A stretch of 64,000 nt of DNA. Origin: Phallusia mammillata. Lineage: Eukaryota. Shown here in pieces: positions 24,102 through 36,700 of the stretch. Each line of letters begins with the position of its first letter. The first letter of the stretch is position 1. A program made the translations under genes and the position numbers. The DNA is taken from the NCBI GenBank assembly GCA_965637545.1, contig OZ281500.1, positions 22,196,001 to 22,260,000 of the forward strand, written 5' to 3'. Under the pieces are notes generated by a model. The model searched no databases and was not told where the DNA came from. It saw only the letters and a program-made list of their open reading frames with translations.

Positions 24102-27100
24102 ATGACTACCAGAAATCGTCTGCTTGTGAAAGGTGGAAAAGTTGTTAATGCCGATAGATCATTTGATGCCGACGTTTACATTGAAGATGGAATTATTTCT
24201 CAGGTATTTATCGGAATAATCTTTTAAAGTTTTTTTTGTGTGTGTGTTGCAAAATTTTTGTGTTAAAAATTAACCATTTCCTTTATGCTTTTCTAAAAAG
24301 GTTGGAAAGAACCTTACAGTCCCTGGTGGTACTAGAACCATCGATGCAAGTGGAAAGATTGTTATGCCAGGTGGAATTGACACTCACACCCATATGCAAC
24401 TACCATACATGGGAACATGTGTAAGTATAATTAACACCTTTACAAATAATTCTGGTTATTTGCTTATTACATGCAAATTCAAAAAACTTGTAGTTTTCAT
24501 TTGAGTTGATATTGTCGATTGAAACAAATTGTAACAGCTTATTTGCTTTGAAATATTCACCATGCCGTAAATAGCTGTTACCTGATTTCTTGTGGCCAGA
24601 TATGATTCCGATTACTCACCGAAAAAAGCTTGTCACATTAGGTATGTGATTGACCAAATTGATTTGTAAAAAATTGGCATGCTAAATTTACTGTTTTTCA
24701 TTTTTGTTAGTCATTTATGATTTGTTGATGTTTTTTGCCCATTTATATGTGGTTGCTTGTTTTGATTGAATCATATGCTTCAATCAAACAAATGTATGTA
24801 TTTTATACTTGTTGCACTTGATGTGTTTTATTTGGGATTTTTTTTAGATCAATACACAATTTCAAAAATTATATATTTAACATTTGTATAGCTCAATAAC
24901 GTTTTTTGGTATGTCCGCAGGCAATAGATGATTTCTATACTGGAACAAAAGCAGCCCTCGCTGGCGGAACAACAATGATCATTGACTTTGCACTGCCCTT
25001 TAAGGGCGAGTCCCCCATTGATGGTTTCAACAAGTGGAAGAACTGGGCAGACCCAAAAGTTTGCTGCGATTATGCTTTGCATGTTGCTGTGTCATGGTGG
25101 AGTCAAAAGGTGATGCAGCATTTTTTTAAAGTTGACTATATTCGATCTGGTTTCATTGCAATGTTGAACTTTTTTTAAGTGAGAGACAACAAATCAATAA
25201 ACTTTGCCAAAAAAGATACAACAATTTTTTTTTTACTGTTTACCTTTTATTTTGCATAAGCGTGGTGTTTGACATGACCATAAGTAAAAAATACTGATTT
25301 TTAGCTATGATGAGTTTTTGTTGAATTGGAATGAAACACATTTTGAACATTAAAAAAAATTGTTTGCAAAATTAAGGTCAGTGACGAGATGGAGGAGTTG
25401 GTCACAAAGCATGGAGTAAACTCATTTAAGTTATACATGGCATACAAAGATCTTCTTATGGTTGGAGATTTAGAAATGTATGAGACATGCAAACGCTCGC
25501 AAGAAATTGGTGCAATTGTGTTATGTCATGCAGAAAATGGGGAAATAATTGACCAGGTTCGTATTTTATGATATTTTAAGGCAATTTTCAAAAACATTAT
25601 GTCACCCTTTCATTGGTTAGGATATACCTGTGTTTTTACTGTTGAACTCCAAGACATTACTTTTGGTGTTGTGTTGTTGTAGACAAAGACATTTGTAAGA
25701 TTCAGTGTTGCTTTAATGCAGGGGTGGGCAACCTTTGTCACTGTGGGGCCAAATACAATTGCGATAATTAGATCGCGGGCCGCATCTTTATATAACACAA
25801 AATGATTTTACTTCGTTGCATATTAAAAATGCCTTACTACAAGTAAAATTCGTATTTGATTCTCGCAGCATAAGTCGTAGAAAAGTAGCATAGTTTAAAT
25901 CAGGGGTGTGCAACCTGCGCAGGGCCCGCAGGCCGAATGCGGCTCATTGAATAAAGGTTGTGCGGCCCGTAGAGATGCTTGGATTTTAAATGTACTGGCA
26001 AACAAGTCCAATTATTATCTATTTTTGAGCAGATTAGTGCGCAGGGTGTTATTTTTCTGCGATCTGACAATATGCGTCTAGAATCAAATGAGAATTTTAC
26101 TTGTTAACTCAACATAGGCACATTTGGTATGCAACAAAGTAAAATCACCTTGTGCTATATAAAGCTCTGTGATCTAATCATGGTAAATGTATATGGCTTC
26201 ACAGTAACAAAGGTTGCACATCGCTGGTTTAAATGATAAGATGTCCACAAAATAAAAATAACTGTTTTCATATTAAAATGAACTTTGAGTTTCATTACGC
26301 TTTAATATTTACACATTTCAATCAACCCGTAATTTTTGAGTTGCCTTTCTAAGAGCAATTAACAAGCTACAATGATTTTTTTGGCATTTAGGAATCAAAG
26401 AAACTGGTTAAACTTGGCATCACTGGACCAGAGGGACATGCCATGAGTCGGCCAGAAGAGGTTGAAGCCGCTGCCACTGCTCATATTTGCATGATTGCTA
26501 ACCAGGTAAGTGTTACTTTATTATTAATTCCCTTTAGAGCAAATTTGTTTATACCCACAATCTGCTAAAATGGACATAAAAACTGTTGTTATTGTTTTTC
26601 TCTGCATTGTTCTATAGAGTGCAGTTACTGTGTTGAAACTACTTTTCCAGGAAGACAATAATTAAAACTGTTAGCAGATGGCTAAAACATGCAGATGTTT
26701 TTATGAAGGAAATATTTTTATTTTTCCTATATATATATATTTGTAGAGATATCATGGTTAAGAAATAGGTTACCAGATGAACAACTGTTCAAAGATGCTT
26801 TTCAAGCCATTAACTGCATTTTTGTTATTGCAGTTGAACTGTCCGCTCTACATTGTCCATGTTATGAGCAAGTCCTCGGCAAAAGTGATAATCGAAGCAC
26901 GAAATAGAGGTGACACTTACATTAATATAACAGTCTACTCTATATGGTGTTATCATGTACAAGTAAAAACAATATTGCATTATCTTATGGAAAATTGGCA
27001 TACTTAAATTGAGTTAAGTTTATTTTGCTTGGTAAAATAACAAACAACGACACAATAGCACTAAAACAATCACCAAGTCAGAAACAGCTGCGCAATATTA

Positions 27101-30100
27101 AAACCTAATGGACCAGAAAAAAATGAAGGGGGCAATTAGTGGAAAATTAACAAGGAATTGTATTGCTGTAATACCAAATCTGATACTGTTATTACTTTTC
27201 AGGCAATGTTGTATATGGAGAGCCAATAGCGGCTGGTCTTGGCACAGATGGTACAAACTATTGGCACAAGTGCTGGAGACACGCGGCAGGACATGTCATG
27301 GGTCCGCCACTACGACCCGATCCGACTACCCCTGAGTATCTGATGAGATTGCTTGCAGGGTACTTGTGTAACTAATACTTTCTTTGTTTTTTTATCCCTG
27401 GTGTGCAGCTCCTAAATGTCAATGCTTACAAAAAGTCTGCCTTCATGCTGCCTGCTTTGTTACAATGTCTAAAAAGCTTTAAATTTTAGTGCTTTTTATC
27501 TTCTAATTTAAACTTCAAATCTTTAAATTGTATTGCTTTATAGTGGTCAATTGGAATGCACTGGTACTGACAATTGTACGTTCAGTACACACCAGAAAGC
27601 ATTGGGAAAAGATGACTTCACCCAAATTCCAAATGGAATAAATGGTGTGGAGGACAGAATGTCAGTGATTTGGGAGGTAAAACAAATAATACATAAATAT
27701 AACGTATAAATGTGTATGTATAATGTATAAATGTGTTATGTATAAATGTACACACTAATACATAAAACATGCCCCTAACAATACAGCTACCACAAAGAAT
27801 GTAAAACAGCTTTAATATGTATATATATGATAAGTGAATTGTCAACAGAATATTGTATTTTAAAAATCATACAAAAAATTGGGTTCTTGAGTTCAGTTTT
27901 TTTTTTTGCTTGGTGAAAGACAACATAGCGACACAATTGCACTAAAAAATCACCAAGCCAGAAACAGCTGTGTACTGTTGAAACATTATGGAATGCTAAA
28001 CAGTGAAGGGCACAGTTGGTGGACCATGGCTAAATGTGATGTAGCCAGGGTTTTTTTAAGGTTTGGTTTGGGTGACCGCTAAGTAGTTTTAAGAGACCGC
28101 AAGTGTTTCATTTAAATACCAAAAAATAGCCATATTTGCCTAAACGAATTATTTATTAGGCTACTGGCAAATTTTGGGAAACCGCTGGAGAAATTTGGGG
28201 GACCGTTTCAGTCCCCCAAAACACCTTAAAAAAACACTGGATGTAGCTACACTGTATTATAAAGCAGTTGCAGTTTATTTATCCCTTTAGTTTTTCATTC
28301 AACTATTTACTTTTACAGAAAGGTGTGGCAAAAGGTATTCTGGATGAAAATAGATTTGTAGCAGTGACAAGTACCAATGCTGCCAAGATTTTCAACATGT
28401 ATCCACAGAAGGGGGTCATTGCACCTGGTTCTGATGCAGATATTGTTGTGTGGGATCCAAATGCAACAAGGTAAAGTAATGAAACGGGCATAGGCTTGTA
28501 AATATATGTGTACATTCGCAAACATCACATGTTAACCTACTAGGCCGAAATGAAAAAAAAACTTTGGGCATATGTGTTGATTCTGTTTGGCCTAAGGTTT
28601 TATACATTCTGTTTTGGACCATGCGCATATGTTCGTTTTTTTGTGGTGGTGTTACATAGTAGGTTGCAATAACAAAAAGCACATAGGAAAGCAAAGCACT
28701 TTACAAACTGTTAGTACTAGGAACTGCATGGTGTCAAATGTCAGGAAAAATATAGAAACCAATAGATTATAGGCAACTACTTAATCTCCATTTTAATTGC
28801 TATTAATTGATATTTCTGACAATCATTAGTTAAGTGGGAAGTAGTATTGTTACATCGCAAATTACTGTTTGTCTACCGTTTCCCCATATTGTAAATTTCA
28901 GTGTAAATAGCGCTATCATGTGGATAGTTTCGCGCCTCGTATTCGACAAGTTTGCTGGAAACGTCGGTAGTTCGATTCGTGTGTCTAGGAAACTACTGTC
29001 GTTTGTATTTTGTTGTACCTTATTCTCCTAGTTAAATTGCCACCACTAAACTCTGATATGGGATTTGCAATTTTATGTTACAGCAAGAAACAAAAAGAAC
29101 TTCTATACCAATAGCTGTGTGTTAAAAACAAGTTTTTAATTTTGTGAAATTATAAGGACCATCTCTGCAAAGACTCATCACCAAGCAGTGGACTTCAACA
29201 TATTTGAAGGAATGGTTTGTCATGGTGTAACTGTCTGCACAATAAGTCGTGGAAAAGTGGTTTACGAAGATGGAAGGTTTACTGTTTCAGCTGGTGATGG
29301 AAAATATGTTCCAAGGTAAATAAGGCACTTAATACTAACACCTCGTTGAGTTTATTTCGCTTGGTGGAAGAAAACATCGGGATAGCGACACAATTGCACT
29401 AAAACAGTCACCAAGTCGGAAATAGCTGCGCAACGTGGAAACGTTAGTAGATGATGGCCGAACGCGCTGCAGCTACACTGTATCATTTTTTAGACTGTAT
29501 TTGGAGTTTTGCGATTATGTGGTTTTTGTTTTACCTTTAGATGTCGCCACTGAGTTGAAAGGCAACGTTTTTCCACCATAACATTGTCATGATCCATTCG
29601 CGAAAAATAACCAGCTCTTTTCCCACAGAAAACCGTTCAGCAATTACGTGTACGATCGTGTGTTGAAACGAAGAGAAGCATTAAAACCCGTCCCAGTCGA
29701 GAGGGAACCATATACAGGTATAGTCCCAATATATACAGTGCAAACCTGCGGCCCGTGCGCCAAGTGCAGCCCATTGATTGAAGGTTGTTCGCCCCGTAGA
29801 GACGCTTGGATTTCAAATGTACTGAAAAACGAGTCCAATTATTATCTATTTTTGAGCAGATCAATACGCCAGGTGCTTTTTTCTGTGACCTGACAATAAT
29901 GCGACTAGAATCAAATGCTAATTTTACTTGTTAAATCAATATAGGTATATTTGGCATACGACAATGTAAAATCACCCTGTGCTATATAAAGGTGCGGCCC
30001 GCGATCTAATTATGGTAATTGTGTTTGGCCCAACGACACCTCTGTTCTAGAAAAAAAGATCTCATTGTGACTTTAGCCGCTGTAAGCACGCGATTGCACG

Positions 30101-30722
30101 AGCTATAGTGTTTTATAGTGTAGCAGTTTACTTTAAAAGAAACATAAAAAGGTAAAAACTATTCCATCTGATCCAACAATTGTAAATACAACTGAAACGC
30201 ACATAAATGACATGTGCAGCACACAAAGCAGACAACGGCGCTTGTGATTCGATATTCGACGGCCTCACTATATGTGCCTGTGTAGTTTAGAGTCGCGGGT
30301 TCGAATCCCACCGCAGACTAGTATTTACTATAGCCTATGCCTTGCCATATGGGAATGCTTAGAAAACCGGCTTGATTCCGTATGCCGCCTTGAATTGGCC
30401 TGGCGTACTATGACTGTAAATGCAATGTGTGACATTTGACATCGTTTAACACGTATGTATTTAACCCAGGAGCTGTGTATAAGCGCAAGGAGGAAAAACC
30501 AGCGCCTCCCGCTTCAGTGAACATGCACCACACCACTTCCATCAGCAGCGCCGGTGAGTAGTGACTTCATGTATGTGTGACGCGCATGCGCACTAACTGA
30601 CCTTATACACACGTGACACGTTTACAGGGCAACACATCGAGAGCAAGCTGTCGCCCCGAGCCCAGAACACTTCCACTAAGGTTCTAGCGCCACCCGGTGG
30701 ACGATCACAGATTCAATTTTAA
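24102..30722 (+). CDS. DPYS: Dihydropyrimidinase / CRMP-family protein copy 2, intact (549 aa)
   Basis: Exons 24102-24203, 24301-24420, 24921-25109, 25377-25556, 26392-26505, 26834-26909, 27203-27359, 27544-27676, 28319-28470, 29157-29315, 29629-29717, 30470-30553, 30628-30722 give 1650 nt, in frame. All metal ligands are present: DTHTH, SFKLYM (carbamylated Lys), CHAENG, VHVMS, GTDNC; IPNG is also intact. The protein ends [15 protein letters not shown]. Confidence 0.95.
25901..26226. mobile_element. hAT-type MITE family B
   Basis: TIR caggggtgtgcaacct / aggttgcacatcgctg; perfect TSD gtttaaat. An inverted partial copy lies at 25719-25870 and a degenerate copy at about 29736-30035. Confidence 0.88.
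27909..28255. repeat. Dispersed ~150-bp repeat family D (this copy interrupted by a MITE)
   Basis: cttggtgaaa..gcgacacaattgcactaaaa..tcaccaag.c.gaaa.agctg...gcagctacactg. Other copies at about 13790, 27028, 29360, 47689, 56430 and 58380 (minus). Confidence 0.75.
28046..28239. mobile_element. hAT-type MITE family A, copy 2
   Basis: TIR cagggtttttttaagg / ccttaaaaaaacactg; perfect 8-bp TSD gatgtagc (28038-28045, 28240-28247); inserted into an older dispersed repeat. Confidence 0.92.
29736..30035. mobile_element. hAT-type MITE family B, degenerate copy in DPYS copy 2 intron 11
   Basis: Aligns by eye to 25901-26226 over ~300 nt (gcttggattt.aaatgtactg, gtccaattattatctatttttgagcagat, ctagaatcaaatg, gtaaaatcacc.tgtgctatataaag). 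Confidence 0.8.
30290..30412 (+). mobile_element. tRNA-derived SINE-like copy
   Basis: B box gggttcgaatccc followed by the shared body gccttgccatatgggaatgctt...ggcctggcgtac. Confidence 0.7.
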
Positions 30723-33700
30723 ATGAAATTTTCCAGTTGTTTCTGTGGAGAGGGATATTGTAAATTGCAATTACATATGGTACCTTTTTTATTAGTCGTA
30801 GCAATTTGTTTATTACTTAGATCAATTGTTTAAAAAAAAACGTAAAACAGACCTAAATCATAGTCAAATCATACGAACTCCTAAAATGTACTTAACTGTC
30901 ATAATCGGCAGAGCTACTAACACAGTAACTCACAACACACAAGGTTTACTAAATACCGATAGATGGCGTAAAGAGCACAATTATTTAACTTAGCAGTAAG
31001 ATAGGGATAGGGTTAGGGACTTAATTTAACATAAGGAACTTTTTTTATTACTATTAATGAAACCTCAGACGAACCCTAATAGCCCTAATAGTCAGCATTT
31101 TTTACACAAATTGCATTTTAAATATTTGTGAGGTTTTGTCTCAGTAGCTCTACCGTCTTATTTGTGTGCTTCTACCTTAACGGCAAATTTACTGTAGGTT
31201 GTTGTGGTATTTTTTTATCCTACTGCCTTGCATTGTTATGTAGTTTGTCTACGCAGTTCTTATTAATCAAAAAAAATGCTTGAGTTTTGTGCTGCTTTAT
31301 GCTATATCATGCAATCATGGCTCTTGTGCGCCACTGAGTGGAGACATTTCGCAATTTTGCTCAAAAAACACATATGCATTTGTAATCACTAATCAGACGT
31401 TATTCTTTAAAATATTAAGTTTTAAAATCAGGAAATTGGGCCTTCATATGTTATGTGTTGTTGCATTTTTCCGTTTCGTTTTGATGATTTTGTTATAACT
31501 GACAATTAAATTTCACTACTGTTTTGATGCAAGACGTATTTTCAAGCCTTGTGTTTTTGCAGGAATTACTATTAGTTCATTAAGCACATTTTTTACCTGT
31601 GTCTTGCCGCCAAATAACACATTTAATTAGTAATTCATAATTTCCTCACACGAAGTATCATTAACACGCTTTTTTGCTATGTGTGACGTTATAGGCAGAT
31701 TAGGCTATAATCACTTTATGTCACTATTTGAGCAATTCGTGTGTTTCGAAAAGTTTCGTCCAATTTTTAAATCGTTTTAATTTTCGCCAATTTTTGTTGT
31801 TTTCCCATCATTGTGGTAATTGCATTGAATTTGCACAACAATTAGATTATGACGTTGACTTGCATTAAGAGTTCCTGAACAGAGAAATGGATTTTTGTGT
31901 AAAATCGTTCGTTTTCATTTGAGAAATAACCAATTTCAACACCTAACCAAAACGTGTTCCTTTTAAAGACATTTTTTGGTTGATTGACGTTTTAATGCTT
32001 TATTGCATCATTGCTCAAGTCTCGTTAAGAAACCCACTATAAGTGGTGCCTGTTTAGACTAGTAGAGTGTAATTCGTCCTTTTGTTTTAGTGTGTTTTTA
32101 TGTGTGTGTGCTTTAAAAACTAATTCATTGCTTTTGCATTAACACTGCCTCCAATATTGGTTTTCTGTAGTCCAGTAGTTTGTAGATGTTTAAACTCAGA
32201 AAAAAGTTCGACTGCAAATTTTACTATGCTCTTTCGCTTATTGGACAAAATATATCATGGAACGCGTGCCTTGATTGGATTTTATTGCAAATCGCGGACG
32301 AAAACCTTTCTGAAATTGTTAGTAACGGGGTGGAAAGTAGTAATGTATTGAACCAAACACAGACAAAATTGATCGAATGTGACCAAACTGCCAAACAGTG
32401 GAAGCAGTAAAATCAACTAAATCTTTTTCCAAAGTAGTTTTTCGGCGGCACTGTAGGTTGTCTCAACCAATCGGGGTGATTTCATTTATTTTAAAATTTA
32501 CGCTTTAGTTATTTGTCTCGCGGTACTGATTACAAAGGGTTGTTGACAAGAAAAGGTTAAGAATTGCGACTCTAGGGCAGCATACAGCTTGGAAACTACT
32601 GGACTGGAGTCATATTAGCCCAACTATAGTGCTTAGCAGCCAATAGCACTGATTTGAACTGAAACAGTTTCTGAAAAAAAACAGTAGGCTACACATTAAT
32701 GGTATCTTAGGAATAAAAAAATGCTCCAGGTTGATCTTCTAAGAAATGTTCGTGTTTTTAACTTTAGTCCTTAGTTTCTCGTAGTTTCAACAATTACTAG
32801 TCAAGTCCCTGCTACACGTAAAAGTAAACGTTGACCTGAGCTGTTGTGAGATGCACGAAGTATTTTCTACGAACAAGGAGTTGCTGGAACAGATTTTTTT
32901 CTGGCAGAAAATACGACATGTGATATGTCATGGCTCGTAACAATGCAAAAATTTGTTCAAAGCCGTTTCATATAGTATGAAAATTTAATGTTGTGGTTGT
33001 CCTTGTTTTGGGGTCCATATCGAAGCAACGCTGTGTAGAGGGCTGCTGGTATCATATATTGAAAGGCGCCACGCCAGTGCTAACAAGTTTTAAATATCTT
33101 GTCTACCGGCAAAAGGAGGTCCTTGAGTCTAAAACTCACGCCATTGTCTGTCAAAACATCCCATATACGTCGTACAACAAGACTCCGCAATTTCGAACTA
33201 CTTCACGTGACGCCGCAGCCAAAATAAACTCGCCCGACAAGGGAGAAAAAAGGCTGTCACGCTTCGTCGTTTCCATTGTTCCGTCACAAACAGCGAGCGT
33301 GAAACGTAACGAAATTCCTGACTTACCTACGAGTTACGACTGCGGTGCCCTAAGGCGTGGCGAGCGATTTTGTTTCATCCGCCTTTCAAGCAAACAGGTC
33401 AGTTTATAATGTGGACAGTTGTTAGCTGGTTTCGTGCCTAATCAGTTTAGACTCAGTTTTAATTTATCAGCAAGACGACGTGATTTTTCTTGGCTTAGGT
33501 TTGGATAGATTTCAGTGTATCCGGTTTCATGCGAATAAAAGGCTTTGAAACGCTTAGGTTTCCGTTTAAAAACGGTTGTTTAAGTGAAATATCAGATGTA
33601 CAACGTGGTGTACAGTTTAGAAACCTTGTGTTGAAAACAGGTTAACAGTCAAGCATTTTGTCGCCGAAATTAGAAAATGTTATTTAAAATACCTTTTGAT

Positions 33701-36700
33701 CAAGCTCTTTCTGACACAAGCACTTCAGTTTGGGTCTGTTTTTTGACAGAAGCATTTGCTGTTCTGGAGTGTTAAATAATGCATCGCCTTCATGCCAGAA
33801 ACGACTCTAATGATGTTTATTAACGTTTTGTGGTTTTCTGAATTTGAGTTTATTAGCTATGTCGCCTAGCAGTATAGTCTGGAACAATGTTGTGTTGTTT
33901 TGTCCTCGGCCTATTTCAATTAACAAAAGAAATCTTTTACTGCAAGTAAGCAATCGAATTTATTGGACCCTAATCAATTTGAAATGGATTTAAAATGTCG
34001 TTTACAATCAACAGCAATTTACTGTCTGCTTTTGACGTACAGCCCAACTAGTAATCGGGTAATCGTATAAGTATTGATAATACCCACGTTATGTGGTTTA
34101 ATATGTGCTAGGATTCAGTATAATAAGCAAGATTAGCAATTAAGGATTTGGTTTATACTGTAAGGTTTCAAAATTTGGCAACATTTGTGAAGAAGTTTAG
34201 GACAAAAACTGCGAACATAACGTTGCTTGTTTTGATACAAACCGGGTAATGGCAGTTTAAGTGGATTGAAGAGTCATAACTTCAAACTTTTCTCAAAGTT
34301 TTGATTCAAAAATTCCAAAGTAGGTATTGATGTTCCAACTGTGTAGAGATAAGTGGTCTTTGTTCGTTTTCCAACACCCGCTATTACGTCACAGACAGTG
34401 CTTTAACGAGCTTTGTTTGATTTCTTTGTGGGAAATTGTCGCCTAAACACCTGGCTAATTTGAACGGGACTTCGTTGCTATTATGATGTCACTTTGGTTT
34501 TGTAATCGTGTGTGTGTGTCAGTCCTTACAGCGAAATCTTTTGCCGAAGTACCGTTTCTCAGATAACCACTCCAAGGCCGAGTCATGCCTTATTGGGTCA
34601 ATTAGATGAAGAACTAGGAAAATTGGTGCTTAAGCACAGGTTTCAGTAGGAACTATTGCGAAAAATGGGTTCCGTAAACTGTGTTTTTGTTTCGCAAAAG
34701 TGTAATTGGCTGAAAAATAGTTCCTCAAATCGTTTCCTTCGAAACTTTTGTACTGGTTCTTGTTTTTATCCATTTCATCATTATGGCGGCCTGTTCTTCT
34801 GTAATGCGTTGAGCTATAAGAGCTAATCTCTAACCCCTGGTGTTTTATCCCAGCACTAAAGGCACTTTTCCTCTATGGATTACGTCACATTTGATCACGT
34901 GCTGACAAATTGACGTCATCCCCACACGTTAAGGGTGCGAATTATAATCCGACTAAACGTTTCAAGCGATTTAATCCTTTGAATCACAGCCATGAAAATT
35001 TGTGTTTTTTACAACCATAAACTTTTTAACTTCCAGTTTGTGGCGATGTACGTTAGTTTCGAAATGAAATATACCTTACAACAGTAAGCAGGTATTGAGA
35101 AACATCTAAAGTTGTTTAAAATCTATTCTGCTAAAAGGGAGTCTGTATTCTTTTTGTTGATATAATTACAGTTGCCAGTCATAATAGTTTGCAAATATCA
35201 CGACAAAACAATGATGCAATATATGTTCTTGACGTCTGCCAAATAAGCACTACTTACAGCTAAACCGAAGATTTTTGCGCAGTCGGCTTGGTTTGTAAAA
35301 AAAAACGAACCTGTCAACCACGTTTCAACGCGAATGACATTAAACAGGCCTATAGTGAGGCGTTGTTTTGCTTTTGTATCAAGAGAAATGTGCGTATACA
35401 TTCGGTGGATCATTTGTTCGAAGTCATAAAAAAGTTTTGTTCGGCCAGGGCTATTTATAAGCAAGTGAAGTTGATATGTAAGATTTTTTGGAAATAAAGG
35501 TTTAAAAGCTAAACAAAACTTTAGCACATCTGAAGTCTACCAAATTTACATGACACGTTCTGTAAATTTGACAACACCCAGGAACAACCTCTGTTTTTAT
35601 TCTGAGATTTGAAACGATATGTTTACATCAATACGCTGTTTTCAGTTGTGGCATTTGACATTAAACAAAGGGTATATATTCATACATTGAGGCTACTACA
35701 TAAAGCAATTTAGGGGCATTAATGTTGTATGTATGAAACGTTACTGTCAGTCACTTTACCGGTCGTTTGCTTCATTTTGCCCAAGGCATTACACTTCACA
35801 ACAATTATCCCGGCGTCAGTATATACCTCTTGTAGGAAACTAAACGCTTTATGAACTGGTATGCGGGCCGACAGCGCTTTTTCATGCTTCACAAAGTTGT
35901 TCACTACCTATAATTGAGGCTATTTTGTGGTGATGTGCGCAGATTCAGTTACTAGTAATGTTGTGTTTTGTAGAAAATTGTTGAAAGTTAGCTACATGGC
36001 GTGCTCGGTAGATTATCTGCTGTGAACTGTACATAAAAAAACATTTGTGCTTGCTATATAAGGCTTAGATACACTTTTACGTTGAATTGTGTTTGTAAAT
36101 ATGATCGACAAAACTATTCCTTGACAATACCTGTTACGTCACAATGCACTTTTGTACGTCACAAGCAAATTCGAACCCATTCTCTGTCTTATCGCTAGGC
36201 ACTTTAGAGCGGGCCTATAAAACCGGGTAATATGTGTTTGCATAGAACCAGACCACCTTATTAATGTGTAACTAGTCGTGTATGCCTGTGCCTATATAAC
36301 CAACATCGACGGTGTGTATTATTAGCTGGCTGTACAGTCCTCTACAGCTGAATAGAATATATTTTTGTGTCGTAATACAGGTAATACAGTACGTAGAATT
36401 TGGAGCTTATCTGTAGAAAGGTTTTTCAGATTTAGCACTATCTTATATTAAAAGTCGTTTTTGAGTATTTTAATAGAATCTGTGAGTGCTGAAAATCGCT
36501 GACGATTTGTCTGTTTTTGCTGAGTTAAAAAATGGTTCTGTAAGACACTATAAAGTAGCTTCAATAGGCTTGGCGTATTATGAGAAAATACAGTCGTGGA
36601 GCAAAAAGCTACAATAATACTGACAATGTGTAGACGTCTTTTTAGATGTTGAGGCTCAAACTTAGTTGTGTCAGACATTGTACCTTTCCTATTCGTGTTA

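Noticed and set aside
29718-29893. Cys-rich C-terminal extension of DPYS copy 2 in the ORF track
   Set aside because: It is read-through past the exon 11 donor into a family B MITE; the real tail is in exons 12-13.
32186-33409. ORFs 32186-32410 and 32993-33409
   Set aside because: No domain similarity recognised and no phase-consistent exon chain; likely chance ORFs.
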